A stretch of 64,000 nt of DNA. Source: Alphaproteobacteria bacterium (GTDB lineage Bacteria; Pseudomonadota; Alphaproteobacteria; CAAGCB01; CAG-977). Both the position numbers and the translations under genes were made by a program. The DNA lies in assembly GCA_024407875.1 (NCBI GenBank), contig JAKSVT010000003.1, positions 19,563 to 83,562 of the forward strand, read 5' to 3'. Below are positions 61,863 through 64,000 of the stretch, piece after piece (the stretch's first letter is position 1; each line of letters opens with the position of its first letter). A model generated the notes under the pieces. That model searched no databases. It saw only the letters and a list, made by a program, of their open reading frames with translations, and was not told the DNA's origin.

Positions 61863-62480
61863 TTATCCTACAAACTTAAAAGCTTTTGTGTTCCATTCTG
61901 AGCAAGACCATTTGCCGTTATCAAACTCTAATACGCAAACAGCCCCTGTTGCTACTTTGATGTCATGATCTTTGCAAAAACCTTCGTAATCTCCTAAAAT
62001 ATATGGAGCAAAACGAATTACTCCGTTTGAAGAAACTAATAAAACTGTTTCTCCATCTTTAATTTCTTTTGCATAATCTAACCAGGTTTTAATTAGCTTA
62101 TCTGGGTCAACTTTCCAACCATTTGGAACAATAGCTTTTTCATTCCATAAATCTAAAGCATCTTGTCCAATACGGGCAATTACTTTATCTTCAGTTTGGT
62201 TTTCATCAGGACCGTAATCGATTTCTGTGAATAAATCACAAATTTCAATTTCGCCATTATATCCTAATTCTTCCTTAGCTAATTGAGCTGTGGACATAGT
62301 TCTTTTTAATGGAGCGGATACAATTTTAGTTGGAATTAAATTCTTTTGTTTTAAATATTTTCCAATACCACGACCTCTAGTTTCTTCAACTAAAGGCAAA
62401 TCTGTTCTAGCACCAACACGTGTAGGAGTTTCTCCTGGAGCAAATGTGTTTCCATGTCTTGCAATAATTAATCTTTTCAT
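61863..62480 (-). CDS. Histidine phosphatase (phosphoglycerate mutase family)
   Basis: IARHGNT, SAPLKRT, EIDYG; second His replaced (VSSNG). Confidence 0.85.
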   Translation of the reverse strand: MKRLIIARHGNTFAPGETPTRVGARTDLPLVEETRGRGIGKYLKQKNLIPTKIVSAPLKRTMSTAQLAKEELGYNGEIEICDLFTEIDYGPDENQTEDKVIARIGQDALDLWNEKAIVPNGWKVDPDKLIKTWLDYAKEIKDGETVLLVSSNGVIRFAPYILGDYEGFCKDHDIKVATGAVCVLEFDNGKWSCSEWNTKAFKFVG

Positions 62481-63301
62481 TTAATTAGCTCTCCATATTC
62501 AGCAATAATTTCTTCAACACGTTTGATATCTTCAGGGGAATCAACGCCACTTGTTGTTTTACGACCGCGGTAATCAACTTCAACCATTTTTATTTTCTTA
62601 CCGTTATACAAGAAGCGCATTTGTTCTAAGCCTTCAATCATGTCTTGTTCATATACAGCTTGATCTAATGTGAAATAATCTTTTAAAGCTTCATATGTGT
62701 AAGCATATAAACCTACATGGCGACGTACAGGACTTTTTTCCATTTGTTCACGAGCTTTTTCAGCTTTTCTAATTGCAGGAATAATGTTCTTAGAAAAAGC
62801 CATTGCATATCCAGCTTTATCAACTAATACAGTTGTTCCTGAATATGGTGTTGTTTTCTTAGCTTCTACTAAGTTATCATATTCATTCCAATTTAAATGA
62901 ATGCATGGGGTAAATACATCTGCTGGGAATTTTTTCCATTGATCAATAATTTCTTGAATAATGTGAGGAGGGCACAAAGGATTGTCTCCTTGTAAATTGA
63001 TAATAAAATCAGGCTTTACATTATTTTTTTGAACAGCATCCCAACATCTTTCTGTTCCAGAACGGCATGTGTCTGATGTCATTACAGCATTGATGTTTTC
63101 TTTTTTACAAAAATCTACGATTCTATCATCATCTGTTGCTACAACATAATTGCAATTTGTATTGTTTTGGCAAACGAAATTTGCTATTTGGGCAACACGT
63201 TTAATCATTTCAACACCAGCTATCTTAACTAATGGTTTCCCTGGTAATCTTGATGATTGATATCTAGCAGGAATAACTATTAAAATTTTTTTGTCAGCCA
63301 T
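62477..63301 (-). CDS. kdsB: 3-deoxy-manno-octulosonate cytidylyltransferase
   Basis: IPARYQSSRLPGKPL, VATDD, SGTER, NLQGD, HVGLYAY, LEQMR, VDSPED. Confidence 0.9.
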   Translation of the reverse strand: MADKKILIVIPARYQSSRLPGKPLVKIAGVEMIKRVAQIANFVCQNNTNCNYVVATDDDRIVDFCKKENINAVMTSDTCRSGTERCWDAVQKNNVKPDFIINLQGDNPLCPPHIIQEIIDQWKKFPADVFTPCIHLNWNEYDNLVEAKKTTPYSGTTVLVDKAGYAMAFSKNIIPAIRKAEKAREQMEKSPVRRHVGLYAYTYEALKDYFTLDQAVYEQDMIEGLEQMRFLYNGKKIKMVEVDYRGRKTTSGVDSPEDIKRVEEIIAEYGELIK

Positions 63302-63549
63302 AAAAATAATCTCCTTATTTTTTGTTATATTTCAGTGGCGATTATACACTAATCTAAATAAAAAAAAACTCTTTTAGATGTGAAATAATTTTTACAGGAG
63401 TTTAGTGCTATTGTGTAAATAAATAGAGAAATTGTAGTTTTTTTAACGGTTTTATTGGCAGTTCTTGTTAAAAAATCTTGAAAAATATATAAATTATATT
63501 TTATACTGCCAGCTAAAAGAATTGTTTTTGGAAGTATTCCGAGGTTTTT

Positions 63550-64000
63550 ATGAGAAAAATTTTAGTCAAAATTTATATTTCTGTTGCTTTCTTAATATTA
63601 GTAGCAATTTCTTGCTATGGATATAGTTTTATATCAGATTATTTAGACTATTTAAAAGCTGATAAGTCATACATTGAAAAACAAGATTTTGACTATGCAG
63701 GAACATTAAATTTAAAAGAAATTGAAACAAATATTGCTGATATTAAACACCTTCTTAGAATGAAGGAAAATGAGAACAGTGATTTTATTATAGCTTTGGC
63801 AAAATTCCAAAAGTCATTATCAAAAAAGAAAGTTCATCATCGCCTTTTAAAGGATGATCATTTTTCTAAAGAGTTTGTACATGATATTTTAGGAGTTGTA
63901 ATTAATTCGTATTTTACAAATCCTGTTGTTAATGAAGAAAAATTTACATTAGTTAGTGAAGAAAGCTTGCCAAATGGTTTCTCTGCAATTGCTTTAAAAG
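63550..64000 (+). CDS. Membrane-anchored hypothetical protein, truncated by the window end
   Basis: GAGG SD, ATG 63550, MRKILVKIYISVAFLILVAISCYGY..., open to the end of the window. Confidence 0.6.
   Translation, partial: MRKILVKIYISVAFLILVAISCYGYSFISDYLDYLKADKSYIEKQDFDYAGTLNLKEIETNIADIKHLLRMKENENSDFIIALAKFQKSLSKKKVHHRLLKDDHFSKEFVHDILGVVINSYFTNPVVNEEKFTLVSEESLPNGFSAIALK

Overview
Chromosomal window from a very AT-rich (roughly 30% GC by eye) alphaproteobacterium. It has Caulobacter/Rhodospirillales-type flagellar gene order and the gpmI-envC-ctpA-rppH cluster, plus anaerobe-type genes (hydG with its TM1266-type partner, and a divergent H+-PPase). Bases 1-19.4 kb hold a flagellar cluster: fliI-fliJ on +, fliF-fliG-fliH-fliN-flbD-flhA on -, and sigma54-driven fliK-flgD-flgE on +. 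An AbiEi/AbiEii toxin-antitoxin module interrupts it. The rest carries rpmB, an RND efflux pump, three paralogous HExxH proteins, a double-AAA ATPase, sufE, a CXXC-rich secreted protein, uvrA-hisC, an ankyrin protein, a 5'-nucleotidase, an orphan spike/DUF6931-like trio, tRNA-Arg(UCU) and kdsB. The most striking unexplained signal is a ~340-nt non-coding region right after the giant flgE. It holds 19 AGAA motifs, most in loops of short hairpins, has an internal duplication with compensatory changes, and ends in a terminator. This is CsrB/RsmZ-like sponge architecture with CAGAA(U/A)G in place of CAGGA(U/A)G. Other notable items are a G10 tract in a promoter spacer (candidate phase variation), a sigma54 promoter inside fliK, and a shared basic C-terminal tail on the HExxH proteins. 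All family assignments come from motif recognition by eye; no searches were run.
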